Shown here: piece after piece, positions 22,327 to 30,782 of the stretch | How positions within the stretch are numbered: the stretch's first letter is position 1 | How the letters are laid out: each line of letters starts with the position of its first letter | From: a virus | DNA length: 45,309 nucleotides | Virus record (IMG/VR): IMGVR_UViG_3300005294_000003 | Location: 1-45,309 of that record | Direction: 5' to 3' (one strand) | The notes under the pieces: generated by a model | What the model saw: the letters and a program-made list of their open reading frames with translations, nothing else | What the model was told of the DNA's origin: nothing | The model's database searches: none | Translations under genes and position numbers: made by a program

Positions 22327-23559
22327 TTGTCCGACAAAAGGCTACTGCCAGATTGGCTCTCTAACTATATAGAGTTAACATCAGAGTTAGAAGCCAAGGA
22401 ACAGTTACATTTATGGACAGGTCTATGCCTATTGTCGTCAGTAGTCAGACGTCGTATTTATTTAGATATGAAATATGGTCATGTTTTTCCAAATATGTAT
22501 GTAATAATTGTAGCTGAAAGTGGTAAAGCTAGGAAGTCAACTGCTATTGATTTTGGCCATGATCTACTTATGGAGGCACTACCCGACATTAATGTAATGT
22601 ATGATTCAATGACTTCACAAGCCCTAGTCGCCTCACTTAATCACACTACCACTGATAGCAAAAAGAATGAGAAGATGGTTAGCGATGTAACTATTTTTGC
22701 AGATGAAATAGCAAATTTGTTTAGCTATGACAGAACTCGGGCGGCGTTTATGACCATATTCCTAACTCGTACCTACACATGCCCGGCCGTTTATGGTGAC
22801 AACACAATTAAACGCGGCAAACTCAAACTTCAAAATCTCTATCCCGTTGTCATAGGTGCAACCGATCCTCGCAATCTAAAAGTGTTTCCACCGGAGGCTG
22901 TTACCGGACTAACAGGTAGGTTAATTTGGATTATAGAATCAGAACGTAGAAAGAATGATCCTGGTTGGAAAGAAGAGAATTCACCAATAACTACCAGACA
23001 AACATTGTTAAGAGAAATGTTGATAACAGATTTAAGTCATATAGCTACTCTGGAAGGTGTAATGACAGCAACCAACGACTGCAAGGAGTTTTACGATGAT
23101 TGGTACGCAGACCTCTCAAAAAGAAACACAAAAGACCCAGATACCGACGCATTTTACCATCGTTGTCACGTTACGGCCCTCCGCATTGGTATTCTATTGT
23201 CTATCTCAGAAAGTGACGAACTAATATTAACATTACCACATATGAAGCGTGCTATTGATTTAATAGAAGCACAGCCCGCCATGGCTAAACGCGCGGCCGT
23301 GTGGTCTGGTAGTGGTGAATACGAAGTCCAACGTGCCAAGGCTATAGATTTCTTACAAAAATCAGGAGGGTTGACTACTCAAAAGAAACTTCTAAAATAT
23401 ATGGGCGTGACTGTTGATGATTACGCAAAAATCATAGCTACGCTGGTACACGATGGAACTATTGAAAAGCCTAGCAATCCTATAGGCGGTGAAATAGCCA
23501 TAACGCTAACTAAGGAAGGTTTTGGCCGGACTGTTACTTTACCAGAGGAAAAGAAATGA
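22327..23559 (+). CDS. P-loop NTPase with C-terminal winged-helix; putative replication initiator/helicase (DUF3987/VirE/D5-like) (410 aa, TTG start)
   Basis: VIIVAESGKARKST (Walker-A-like), TIFADEIANL (Walker B), C-terminal KKLLKYMGVTVDDYAKIIATLVHDGTIEK. Confidence 0.5.
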   Translation: MSDKRLLPDWLSNYIELTSELEAKEQLHLWTGLCLLSSVVRRRIYLDMKYGHVFPNMYVIIVAESGKARKSTAIDFGHDLLMEALPDINVMYDSMTSQALVASLNHTTTDSKKNEKMVSDVTIFADEIANLFSYDRTRAAFMTIFLTRTYTCPAVYGDNTIKRGKLKLQNLYPVVIGATDPRNLKVFPPEAVTGLTGRLIWIIESERRKNDPGWKEENSPITTRQTLLREMLITDLSHIATLEGVMTATNDCKEFYDDWYADLSKRNTKDPDTDAFYHRCHVTALRIGILLSISESDELILTLPHMKRAIDLIEAQPAMAKRAAVWSGSGEYEVQRAKAIDFLQKSGGLTTQKKLLKYMGVTVDDYAKIIATLVHDGTIEKPSNPIGGEIAITLTKEGFGRTVTLPEEKK

Positions 23560-23593
23560 TGCCAATATGCGGAAAATGTGGTAAAAGATTTTT

Positions 23594-23638
23594 GCCTACG
23601 GACCTATCGGTAGTAAACCCCGGCCAGGTCCGTAGGCA
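23594..23638. terminator. 12-bp perfect hairpin at the convergence point of the two arms
   Basis: gcctacggacct (23594-23605) / aggtccgtaggc (23627-23638), 21-nt loop; no strong T-run on either strand. Confidence 0.3.
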
Positions 23639-23679
23639 TTATGTCTACTGTAAAAACCCTTACAGATACTGGAAGGCTC

Positions 23680-23892
23680 TTATTGTACAGTTGGTCCCTG
23701 ACTTGGGAGTTGTGTTGCTTGCACTCTTTGATTAACTTCTGCCAATTGGATTGACAATGTATCCAAAACTGCCTTACGTTGTTCAGGCGTCAGCGATGGA
23801 TCTTGCTGAACCCGATCAACAACATCCATAACTGCCTTGATGAGACCCGGTAGCAATGGAATTAGAGAAACGGCCAGAGGCACCATAGCCAT
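23680..23892 (-). CDS. Membrane-anchored small protein, last gene of lysis cassette (70 aa)
   Basis: MAMVPLAVSLIPLLPGLIKAV hydrophobic N-terminus; TAATG overlap with lipoprotein gene. Confidence 0.5.
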   Translation of the reverse strand: MAMVPLAVSLIPLLPGLIKAVMDVVDRVQQDPSLTPEQRKAVLDTLSIQLAEVNQRVQATQLPSQGPTVQ

Positions 23893-24272
23893 TACTTAGT
23901 CTCCTCTGTAAACACAACGTAAGCATTAACAGCCATGCTGCTAAGTTCTGTTGCCATCAATGTAACAACCTCTCTCATCTTCTTTTCAACAGCAGCATCG
24001 TTAGCCTTGCGGGCGGCCTCCCACAACTGAATTGCAAGTGGATAACTCTTTTGGAACTTCTGACCAAACGAACGATACTTAGCGCAATTATCTGGCTTAA
24101 TCTGTCCACTATTGCATCCCTGAACATACACTGCCGAAACTGCAACAAACTCTTCGCCAAGAGCCTTAAGACCCTCGCCAGTAACTGCAAGTCCACTATC
24201 ACCAGTCCCAATACCTAGACTAGCGCAACCTGCCAGTAGAATAGCAATAGTTAGTATGTATAGCTTACGCAT
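23892..24272 (-). CDS. Lipoprotein (126 aa), outer-membrane spanin candidate
   Basis: MRKLYILTIAILLAGCAS: signal peptide with LAGC lipobox. Confidence 0.6.
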   Translation of the reverse strand: MRKLYILTIAILLAGCASLGIGTGDSGLAVTGEGLKALGEEFVAVSAVYVQGCNSGQIKPDNCAKYRSFGQKFQKSYPLAIQLWEAARKANDAAVEKKMREVVTLMATELSSMAVNAYVVFTEETK

Positions 24273-24273
24273 T

Positions 24274-24426
24274 CTAAAGTCTCCCCATTAGAAAGAGAAT
24301 TAGTAGCACAACCAGCATAAGACCTACAGCGCCACCTCCTCCCCATCTTAAATCCCCACCCCAATGATAACCACCGAACCCTCCTAGTAGCAGCACAACT
24401 AGAATGATAATCAGAATGGTACTCAT
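24274..24426 (-). CDS. Gly-rich two-TM micro-protein (50 aa), holin candidate
   Basis: MSTILIIILVVLLLGGFGGYHWGGDLRWGGGGAVGLMLVVLLILFLMGRL; starts right after the upstream stop; below track cutoff. Confidence 0.45.
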   Translation of the reverse strand: MSTILIIILVVLLLGGFGGYHWGGDLRWGGGGAVGLMLVVLLILFLMGRL

Positions 24427-24819
24427 TTATTTATCTCCTTTCTGTTTTACACCAGAATCTACTATGTTTTGCTTCTTAACATGTTCTTCATACATATTTC
24501 TAGCACGCTTGGCGCCAGCTATATCTTCTGGAAGCTTTGTTGTCGCTGCCTTAAATTCATACAAATCAGAAGCTAGTTTCAACTGTACACCCATATTAGA
24601 ATTAACCAACGTATGAGTATCAATTCCAACCTTCTGAATCTCATCTATCTTAGTATTATTTTTCTCAGTTGCATTTACAAGAGCAACCTTTGCATCCTCA
24701 CTATTCTGTAATGCCTTAGTTTGTTTCTTGTTAATCATTGCCAACAAAATAGGATTCAAGGCAGTGATAAGTGTAACCAATCCACCAATTATGGTTAAAA
24801 CTATCTCTACCTTTGTCAT
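24427..24819 (-). CDS. N-terminally anchored coiled protein (130 aa), i-spanin or holin-like
   Basis: VEIVLTIIGGLVTLITALNPILLAMI TM segment followed by charged helical region; ATGA overlap with endolysin gene. Confidence 0.5.
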   Translation of the reverse strand: MTKVEIVLTIIGGLVTLITALNPILLAMINKKQTKALQNSEDAKVALVNATEKNNTKIDEIQKVGIDTHTLVNSNMGVQLKLASDLYEFKAATTKLPEDIAGAKRARNMYEEHVKKQNIVDSGVKQKGDK

Positions 24820-25256
24820 CCCGCCCTCAATATATTTAGAAATTCACTGCTAAAGGCTTCGTAAATGCCCTGTTTGTTACGCCACCAACGTTTACCCAGA
24901 TGAGGCTGGTCCCGGCCTAATTTCCGCAAATCCACATGTAAACCTGGCTGATTCCAGAAAGGGTAGACGCCAATACCATTCCAAGGGTACCTTTCGACAA
25001 ACAACCACTGGTCAACCAAAGGCATTCCAACAACATGAAAATCAACGCCAGTAGCAAACTCCCTAGCGTCAGCGTAGTGACTGGACTCTGTGATATGGCC
25101 TTTGTCATCCCAAGCCACATGTATTTGAATGGGTTTGTTAATCGCATCTCTCATTTCATCCATTAACATGACTACGTCCCAACTGATTTTATCTGGATCT
25201 TTAACCCATTCCTCACGCTTAAAATGTCTTATAGTTGACCAATCTCTAATAGTCAT
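24816..25256 (-). CDS. Peptidase M15-family zinc peptidoglycan peptidase (endolysin) (146 aa)
   Basis: SSHYADAREFATGVDFHV and NGIGVYPFWNQPGLHVDL match the H..D...H metal-site pattern of M15/DUF882 peptidases. Confidence 0.7.
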   Translation of the reverse strand: MTIRDWSTIRHFKREEWVKDPDKISWDVVMLMDEMRDAINKPIQIHVAWDDKGHITESSHYADAREFATGVDFHVVGMPLVDQWLFVERYPWNGIGVYPFWNQPGLHVDLRKLGRDQPHLGKRWWRNKQGIYEAFSSEFLNILRAG

Positions 25257-28200
25257 TGTGTCCTCAATGGCATAGCCTTACCAGTTCCTGAAACTGCTTC
25301 CGCACCTATAACTTCGACAGGCTTGTATTCACGTTTTGGTACAACCTCAGTCTCACCAATAGTAACCGCAGGCTTCTCATAAGGTTTGTCAGGTTCAAGA
25401 TAACCCCACCTATCCAAAGCCTCCTTTTGTTCCTCTGATAGCTCATCATAAATATCTATTACATCTCTATAGGCATCTCTAATCTCTGGTTTATATTCAT
25501 CTGGGATGCGTGGAAGTTTAGTCTGACTCTTACTTTCATAATATTTCTTACCAAGTTCTACATCTTCTAGTAGCAATCTACCTTTAGCTGTTTTCTTAGC
25601 TTCTGATACAAATGCACTAAATTGCACACGTTTTTCTGCATCAGTAGCATCTTGATATTCTTGTGTATCCATCTTAGCTTGCAAACCAGTTTCAGGATTT
25701 CTTATAATATTCCTAGCAAGTTGCTGCCATCTGTCTCTCTGTTGTGGAGTTAGTTTCACCCCAGGTTTATCGTAACCAGGAAGCTCCGGTCCACTAGGAT
25801 CAAAACTGTCGTCAGGTGTTTCACCTATAACATCTGGGTAATCAGGTAGTTTAGCTTGTAGTCTAGCACCCTCAAGCTTGACCTTGTCAGTTTCCAAAGG
25901 ATTCATTTTAGGAACTAATGGATGGAAGTAACCAAACCAGGAATTACCTACGGTGCTTGGTGGAATAACTGGATCACCATAACCATCCCGCAAGGGTGGT
26001 ACAGTTTCACTAAATCCAGGAACCCTACTTTTAATCATATCAGTAAAATTCCTGGCATCACGTTGCACAGGATCACGACTTTCCTTAAATCTAGAAACAA
26101 GTGGGCCGCCGGCCGCAGTAGTAATTGCCGGTCCAGCAATAGTCCTAATATCTTGTCTAGTAATTCCTTCTCTATTGCCACGTTGCAAACCTTGGGCGAC
26201 GTCTAGGATATTAGACATTGTCATCCAAGCAGTCTTATTAGCAACGTTTCTAGCGAATGCAAAAATAGCAGCCATAGCTGTTTGACTAAAATCTTCCTCG
26301 TCAAGTTGATCTGCCATTTGTGCTAAGTCTGCAACAAGACCTATTGGCATAGCAATAGGATCAAGACGGCCATAGGGAACCCAGCCGGCCGGGGTCTTGA
26401 AACTATAAGGTTCATTAACTGCTAGCCATGCCTTACGTAAAGCAGGGTCCGCCGGTCCAGAACCAGTAACCATTCCCTCCTTAGCCATTTCCCAAACCAT
26501 CATACCCATCATCCATGACATTGTGATACGACCCATTGCTTCTTCAGCAAGAGTACCACCGGCCAAAACATCATGCCATAAACGGCCAGAAATCATTTGT
26601 AAACCAGGAAAATTATCCCAGCCATGTTTAACCATATTAGTTGGGCCTTTGAGAAATGCAAAATACAAATTACCGGGACCAGTCTCTCCCATTTTAACTA
26701 AATCACTAAATCCTTTTAAAAACCATCCCATATCATTTTGGTAAGTAGCCCGATAGGCGCGCTCCATAGCATTAGCAATTGCATCGCCGGGAGGGTTAGA
26801 AACCCAATTCCTTAGTGTAGCCCCACGATGCCCAAGGGCATAGCCATCAGCCCATAAACTACCGCGAACAACAACGGTTTTGAAAAAAGCATCAAGTGCT
26901 ACTAGTGCATCCTGTCCAACCCAACGTATGCCTTGCCCCGCAGAACCACTCGGCCCCGTAGAACCAAGTCTATAAGTCATTCCTATAGCCTTTAATCCTT
27001 CACTAGTTGCTAAAGCCATACCTTTCATCATCATAGCTGCTTCGCGTGGATGGCCACCAAACAACCGGCTCATGACGAGGTTGCTAGCACCTAAAACGTT
27101 GCCACTGAAGGCAACAGGTGCCGTAGCAAACAGCAAAAAGTTACGATACATTTCATAAATAACAGCCGGAGGCACACCAAAATTCAAATAATTATCTTGG
27201 CTTCGCTGTGCTAGTTTAGCTACTTGACCGGGCTTTATCTTTGATAAATCCTCTGCAAACGTTCGCATTGCTTGGTTTAAATCACCTCTAGCAACACTAG
27301 CAGGGTCCCAATGCATTAACAGATTTGTAAATTCTTTTGTATAAGACATTTTATCTGTTTGACCAGTAAACAATTGCGTTGCTAATCTAGCAAACTGCAT
27401 TCGCTCAAAATCGGTTGCATCAGGTGCAATGGCATGGGCTGCGGCTTTTGACAATTCTCCTGATTTACGTTCGAGTGCTTTAAGATAGCCGTAAAATTGC
27501 TGCGCCCCAAGAGATTTGCCAGGCATTAAGCGGCCAATATCCTTAAGATCCGGCCATGAAACACCAAACTTCCTCATTAGTTTTGGTAGCTCGGCGCGCG
27601 CTTGTTGTTTAGTAATTTGTTCTGCAAAAATCTTAGCATCTTGCAAAAATGAAGTAGCACTTTTAAATTCACCGCTTTCGCGCATCAAATTACGTTCAGC
27701 AGATTTCATCAATGCTTCTACTAATGTATTCTTTGCAGCTGAGACTTCACCAACTGTATTATTAGTTAACCTAGCAACGGCAAACTCCGCCTGGTCAATG
27801 CCCTCACGCTTAAAAGCTTCAACAAGTGCACCTACAATCCTAGCGTCCTTAGTCATATTACCAGCAACTTTTTCCGCAACACCACTAGCTTTAACCGCAG
27901 TAGTTACACCTTTAGCAGCTAAATTCACCGGCACTAATGCACTAGAGCCTATATTAATTCCAAAGCCTAATAGATAAGCTACACCTGGATGAGCACCTTG
28001 ATGCAAAGCCCATTGCTCGGCCCGAGCGCCGTTAACATCACCAAATGCATCTAGAGCACCTGTTAATGTTTGCAATCCACCCCAAAACATTTGGAGTTGG
28101 CCTTCAAGCTGTGTATTTAGTTTGGCAATCTCGCCTTCCACACCCTCCGGCCGTTGTTTCTTAAATCCCTCAACAATGTTTTCCCAACCATCACTAACAT

Positions 28201-28387
28201 TAGCGATGGCTTTTTGGAATACAGCAGTAGCATAAGGACCATCTTTAACCAAATCATCCAAGACAATCTTGGCTTTGTCACGTAACCATTGCCTACGTTC
28301 CCCCGCTGTGATATGCCCATCTTTATACCATTTCTCAATAGTATCAACCGAAACTTTCTTTAGTTTTTCTGTGCGATCATCTGCCAT
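25253..28387 (-). CDS. Large internal virion / DNA-ejection protein (1044 aa), putative
   Basis: Largest ORF, placed after nozzle and two smaller internal-protein-like genes as in T7-type gp14-16 order; no enzymatic motif seen. Confidence 0.5.
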   Translation of the reverse strand: MADDRTEKLKKVSVDTIEKWYKDGHITAGERRQWLRDKAKIVLDDLVKDGPYATAVFQKAIANVSDGWENIVEGFKKQRPEGVEGEIAKLNTQLEGQLQMFWGGLQTLTGALDAFGDVNGARAEQWALHQGAHPGVAYLLGFGINIGSSALVPVNLAAKGVTTAVKASGVAEKVAGNMTKDARIVGALVEAFKREGIDQAEFAVARLTNNTVGEVSAAKNTLVEALMKSAERNLMRESGEFKSATSFLQDAKIFAEQITKQQARAELPKLMRKFGVSWPDLKDIGRLMPGKSLGAQQFYGYLKALERKSGELSKAAAHAIAPDATDFERMQFARLATQLFTGQTDKMSYTKEFTNLLMHWDPASVARGDLNQAMRTFAEDLSKIKPGQVAKLAQRSQDNYLNFGVPPAVIYEMYRNFLLFATAPVAFSGNVLGASNLVMSRLFGGHPREAAMMMKGMALATSEGLKAIGMTYRLGSTGPSGSAGQGIRWVGQDALVALDAFFKTVVVRGSLWADGYALGHRGATLRNWVSNPPGDAIANAMERAYRATYQNDMGWFLKGFSDLVKMGETGPGNLYFAFLKGPTNMVKHGWDNFPGLQMISGRLWHDVLAGGTLAEEAMGRITMSWMMGMMVWEMAKEGMVTGSGPADPALRKAWLAVNEPYSFKTPAGWVPYGRLDPIAMPIGLVADLAQMADQLDEEDFSQTAMAAIFAFARNVANKTAWMTMSNILDVAQGLQRGNREGITRQDIRTIAGPAITTAAGGPLVSRFKESRDPVQRDARNFTDMIKSRVPGFSETVPPLRDGYGDPVIPPSTVGNSWFGYFHPLVPKMNPLETDKVKLEGARLQAKLPDYPDVIGETPDDSFDPSGPELPGYDKPGVKLTPQQRDRWQQLARNIIRNPETGLQAKMDTQEYQDATDAEKRVQFSAFVSEAKKTAKGRLLLEDVELGKKYYESKSQTKLPRIPDEYKPEIRDAYRDVIDIYDELSEEQKEALDRWGYLEPDKPYEKPAVTIGETEVVPKREYKPVEVIGAEAVSGTGKAMPLRTQ

Positions 28388-29802
28388 TAGCGCCTCAAAT
28401 CCTGCGGACTAATAACATTAGGATTCTTGTCTGGCCTTTTACGCAATTTATCAACTTCTCTGTCAATAGATTCTTTGTTACGCATATTAGGATCACGTTC
28501 CAACTGTCGTTGCAATTGATGTTGCAAACGCTTTTCACGTGCTCTAAGCACTGGGTCATCAATAGGTGGTGCTGTCGCCCCAAGTGCATCGTCAACATAA
28601 CGTCTAGCATTACCAAGTTCTTGCGTTCTAATACTACGAATATTGTTTTGTTCTGCTCTAACAACCGCCTCCTGACTTCTAAGATATTTATAGGCACTTT
28701 CCATTTCATCAGAAATAATTGGTGATTCTTTACGAAGTTTATTTAGCTTATCAATATAGCGTTCAATACGTTCTACTGTATGCGGGCCTTTTTCACCACC
28801 GAAATCTGCTATTAACACTCTAACTGTATTATCTTGTGTTTTATTTAGCGAATCCTGTTTCTCCTGTAATCTTAATCCATCTTGTCTAGTTAGCATAGGA
28901 TGTTTGCCAGCTTGAATTTCATCAAGGAATGATTGTGGAATACGTCGGCCGGCAGCCTCGCCCATCCAATAATCAAAGACTAAAGCATCAACTTTCTTCA
29001 AAACAGCAGTTGTTTTTTGCTCTTGTTCAGACTCTAGTCTACTAGCCAAATCTAGAATTTTGATTCGTTCAGTGGCGGGAATCATATCGTAGCCGCCATC
29101 TTCGTAGCGTTTGCGAATTTCAGTTCTACCACGATCAGTTTGTGCTTGTGTAGTCATATGCTGCTGATAGACAGCAGCTTTATGAATATCTTTCATCTTT
29201 TGGCCTTTAAGTTGATCTATAAGGCCTCCGGCCACTTCGTTACTAACACTAGCATTAAACTCATTAACTTTATCCTCAAGTAAATCATAAGGTGCATTAC
29301 CAGCAGTTCGTATAGATTCAGCACCGGCCTCAAATAATTTAGCTTCAACATAATCCTGACTTAATTTACGCTGGTTACCCTGGGCTACAATACGCAAACC
29401 TGGTATTTCATCACGATAGTATTGTGCAAGTGCACCAGTTACAGCATCATTTCTAGAACGTCCAATAACTTCATCTAAAACATCTCGTGATCTTTTATCA
29501 AATTCTGTCATATACTTAAATGGATCGTTGATTACTGTAGGATCATCAATTAGATCGACCATAACTTGCTTCCACTTATTATCAGCTTCTTTAGATAAAG
29601 CTTTGAAATCAATTGCATTGGCATGCTGTTCTAGAGTAGCATCAATTTCAAGGCCTTTTTGTAAAGTAGTACTAACATCTTGCAAACCTTTAGCGACAGA
29701 TGTTAAACCACTATAATCACCAACCACGGCCCTGTTAGCCCGTGGCATTTGTGGTGAGCCACCTGCTGTGTGAATCTTAATTTCAGGCATAACGTCTACC
29801 AC
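28387..29802 (-). CDS. Internal virion protein, putative (471 aa)
   Basis: Long charged helical ORF between the TM protein and the 1044-aa protein. Confidence 0.45.
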   Translation of the reverse strand: MVDVMPEIKIHTAGGSPQMPRANRAVVGDYSGLTSVAKGLQDVSTTLQKGLEIDATLEQHANAIDFKALSKEADNKWKQVMVDLIDDPTVINDPFKYMTEFDKRSRDVLDEVIGRSRNDAVTGALAQYYRDEIPGLRIVAQGNQRKLSQDYVEAKLFEAGAESIRTAGNAPYDLLEDKVNEFNASVSNEVAGGLIDQLKGQKMKDIHKAAVYQQHMTTQAQTDRGRTEIRKRYEDGGYDMIPATERIKILDLASRLESEQEQKTTAVLKKVDALVFDYWMGEAAGRRIPQSFLDEIQAGKHPMLTRQDGLRLQEKQDSLNKTQDNTVRVLIADFGGEKGPHTVERIERYIDKLNKLRKESPIISDEMESAYKYLRSQEAVVRAEQNNIRSIRTQELGNARRYVDDALGATAPPIDDPVLRAREKRLQHQLQRQLERDPNMRNKESIDREVDKLRKRPDKNPNVISPQDLRR

Positions 29803-30322
29803 TCATATCTGTGGTCAATGTCTTCTTCCTAGCTTGATAGTAATTAGTTTGTTGGTAAGCACTAACAGCACCGCTACCTGCAGAAAGTACGCCACCAGCA
29901 ATACTCAATGGGATGCTACGTTCCGCAGCCTGGGCACGAAACCCCGCCACATTACTTTCATAAATAGAAGTTGTAGCGGACATTTCACCCGCTCTCCTAA
30001 TATTTAGAGCATCAAGCTCACCTTGTGTAACTAAATCAATATCTTGGACAAGCGGTGTACCGCTTGTTGTTTCAAATCCAGCGGCGGCGAATGCCGCTTG
30101 ATTTTCTCCTCTCACTAGCATTAATCTACGTCTAGCCTGACGCTCCTCAAATTTAGCTGATTCTCTAACAGCGTCAGCTTCAATTTCACGCTGCTTTTTC
30201 TCTGATTTTGCAAGTTTTTTCTGAGTTTCAGCTTGTTGCACTGCACTATATGTAGCAACGCCCGCTCCAGCAACAGCAATTACAACACCAGCAACTGCAA
30301 TAGCAACAGCATATTCAGCCAT
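29783..30322 (-). CDS. Membrane-spanning internal virion protein, putative (179 aa from ATG 30322)
   Basis: GGAGG SD before ATG 30322, immediately after upstream stop; AVAIAVAGVVIAVAGAGVATY TM helix. Confidence 0.5.
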   Translation of the reverse strand: MAEYAVAIAVAGVVIAVAGAGVATYSAVQQAETQKKLAKSEKKQREIEADAVRESAKFEERQARRRLMLVRGENQAAFAAAGFETTSGTPLVQDIDLVTQGELDALNIRRAGEMSATTSIYESNVAGFRAQAAERSIPLSIAGGVLSAGSGAVSAYQQTNYYQARKKTLTTDMSGRRYA

Positions 30323-30323
30323 T

Positions 30324-30782
30324 CTAATCCTCCACAATAAATTCATACCTTATTACGTCATCCCGCGTGGCGCTGTATTGACGCGCCCGGCCGTTTTCTC
30401 TTTCAAATCCAAGCATTTCCGCGAACTTTTTGTTGACCGGCTGATCCGATAAAACTACCATTTCCACTCTATGAAGATTCCAAATTTTTATTATATCTCT
30501 AAGGCCGAGGCGTACCATCCTGGTGCACCAAAACCTGTGTTTAAGGAAATCAGTTGTCACAATAGACCAAGCGGTGCCCATGCCCGCCCATTGTATAATT
30601 ACACCTGCGCACATTATAACTTTATCATCCACAAGTGCAGAGAAACCTGGATTCTTATCACGTTCTCTAATAGCATGGTCATCCGTAATCCAAGGATCAC
30701 GGTTATCTATACTTAAAAGATGTTGATGGTTAAATGGCACAAGTTTAGGGGTTGCCAAATTGTATATCTCCAAAAACAGCAA
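30324..30782 (-). CDS. GNAT-like acetyltransferase-fold protein (about 140-152 aa; start uncertain, TTG 30782 or GTG about 30737)
   Basis: C-terminal LHRVEMVVLSDQPVNKKFAEMLGFEREN resembles RimJ/RimL-type GNAT beta-alpha-beta end; acetyl-CoA loop motif not clear. Confidence 0.4.
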   Translation of the reverse strand: MLFLEIYNLATPKLVPFNHQHLLSIDNRDPWITDDHAIRERDKNPGFSALVDDKVIMCAGVIIQWAGMGTAWSIVTTDFLKHRFWCTRMVRLGLRDIIKIWNLHRVEMVVLSDQPVNKKFAEMLGFERENGRARQYSATRDDVIRYEFIVED

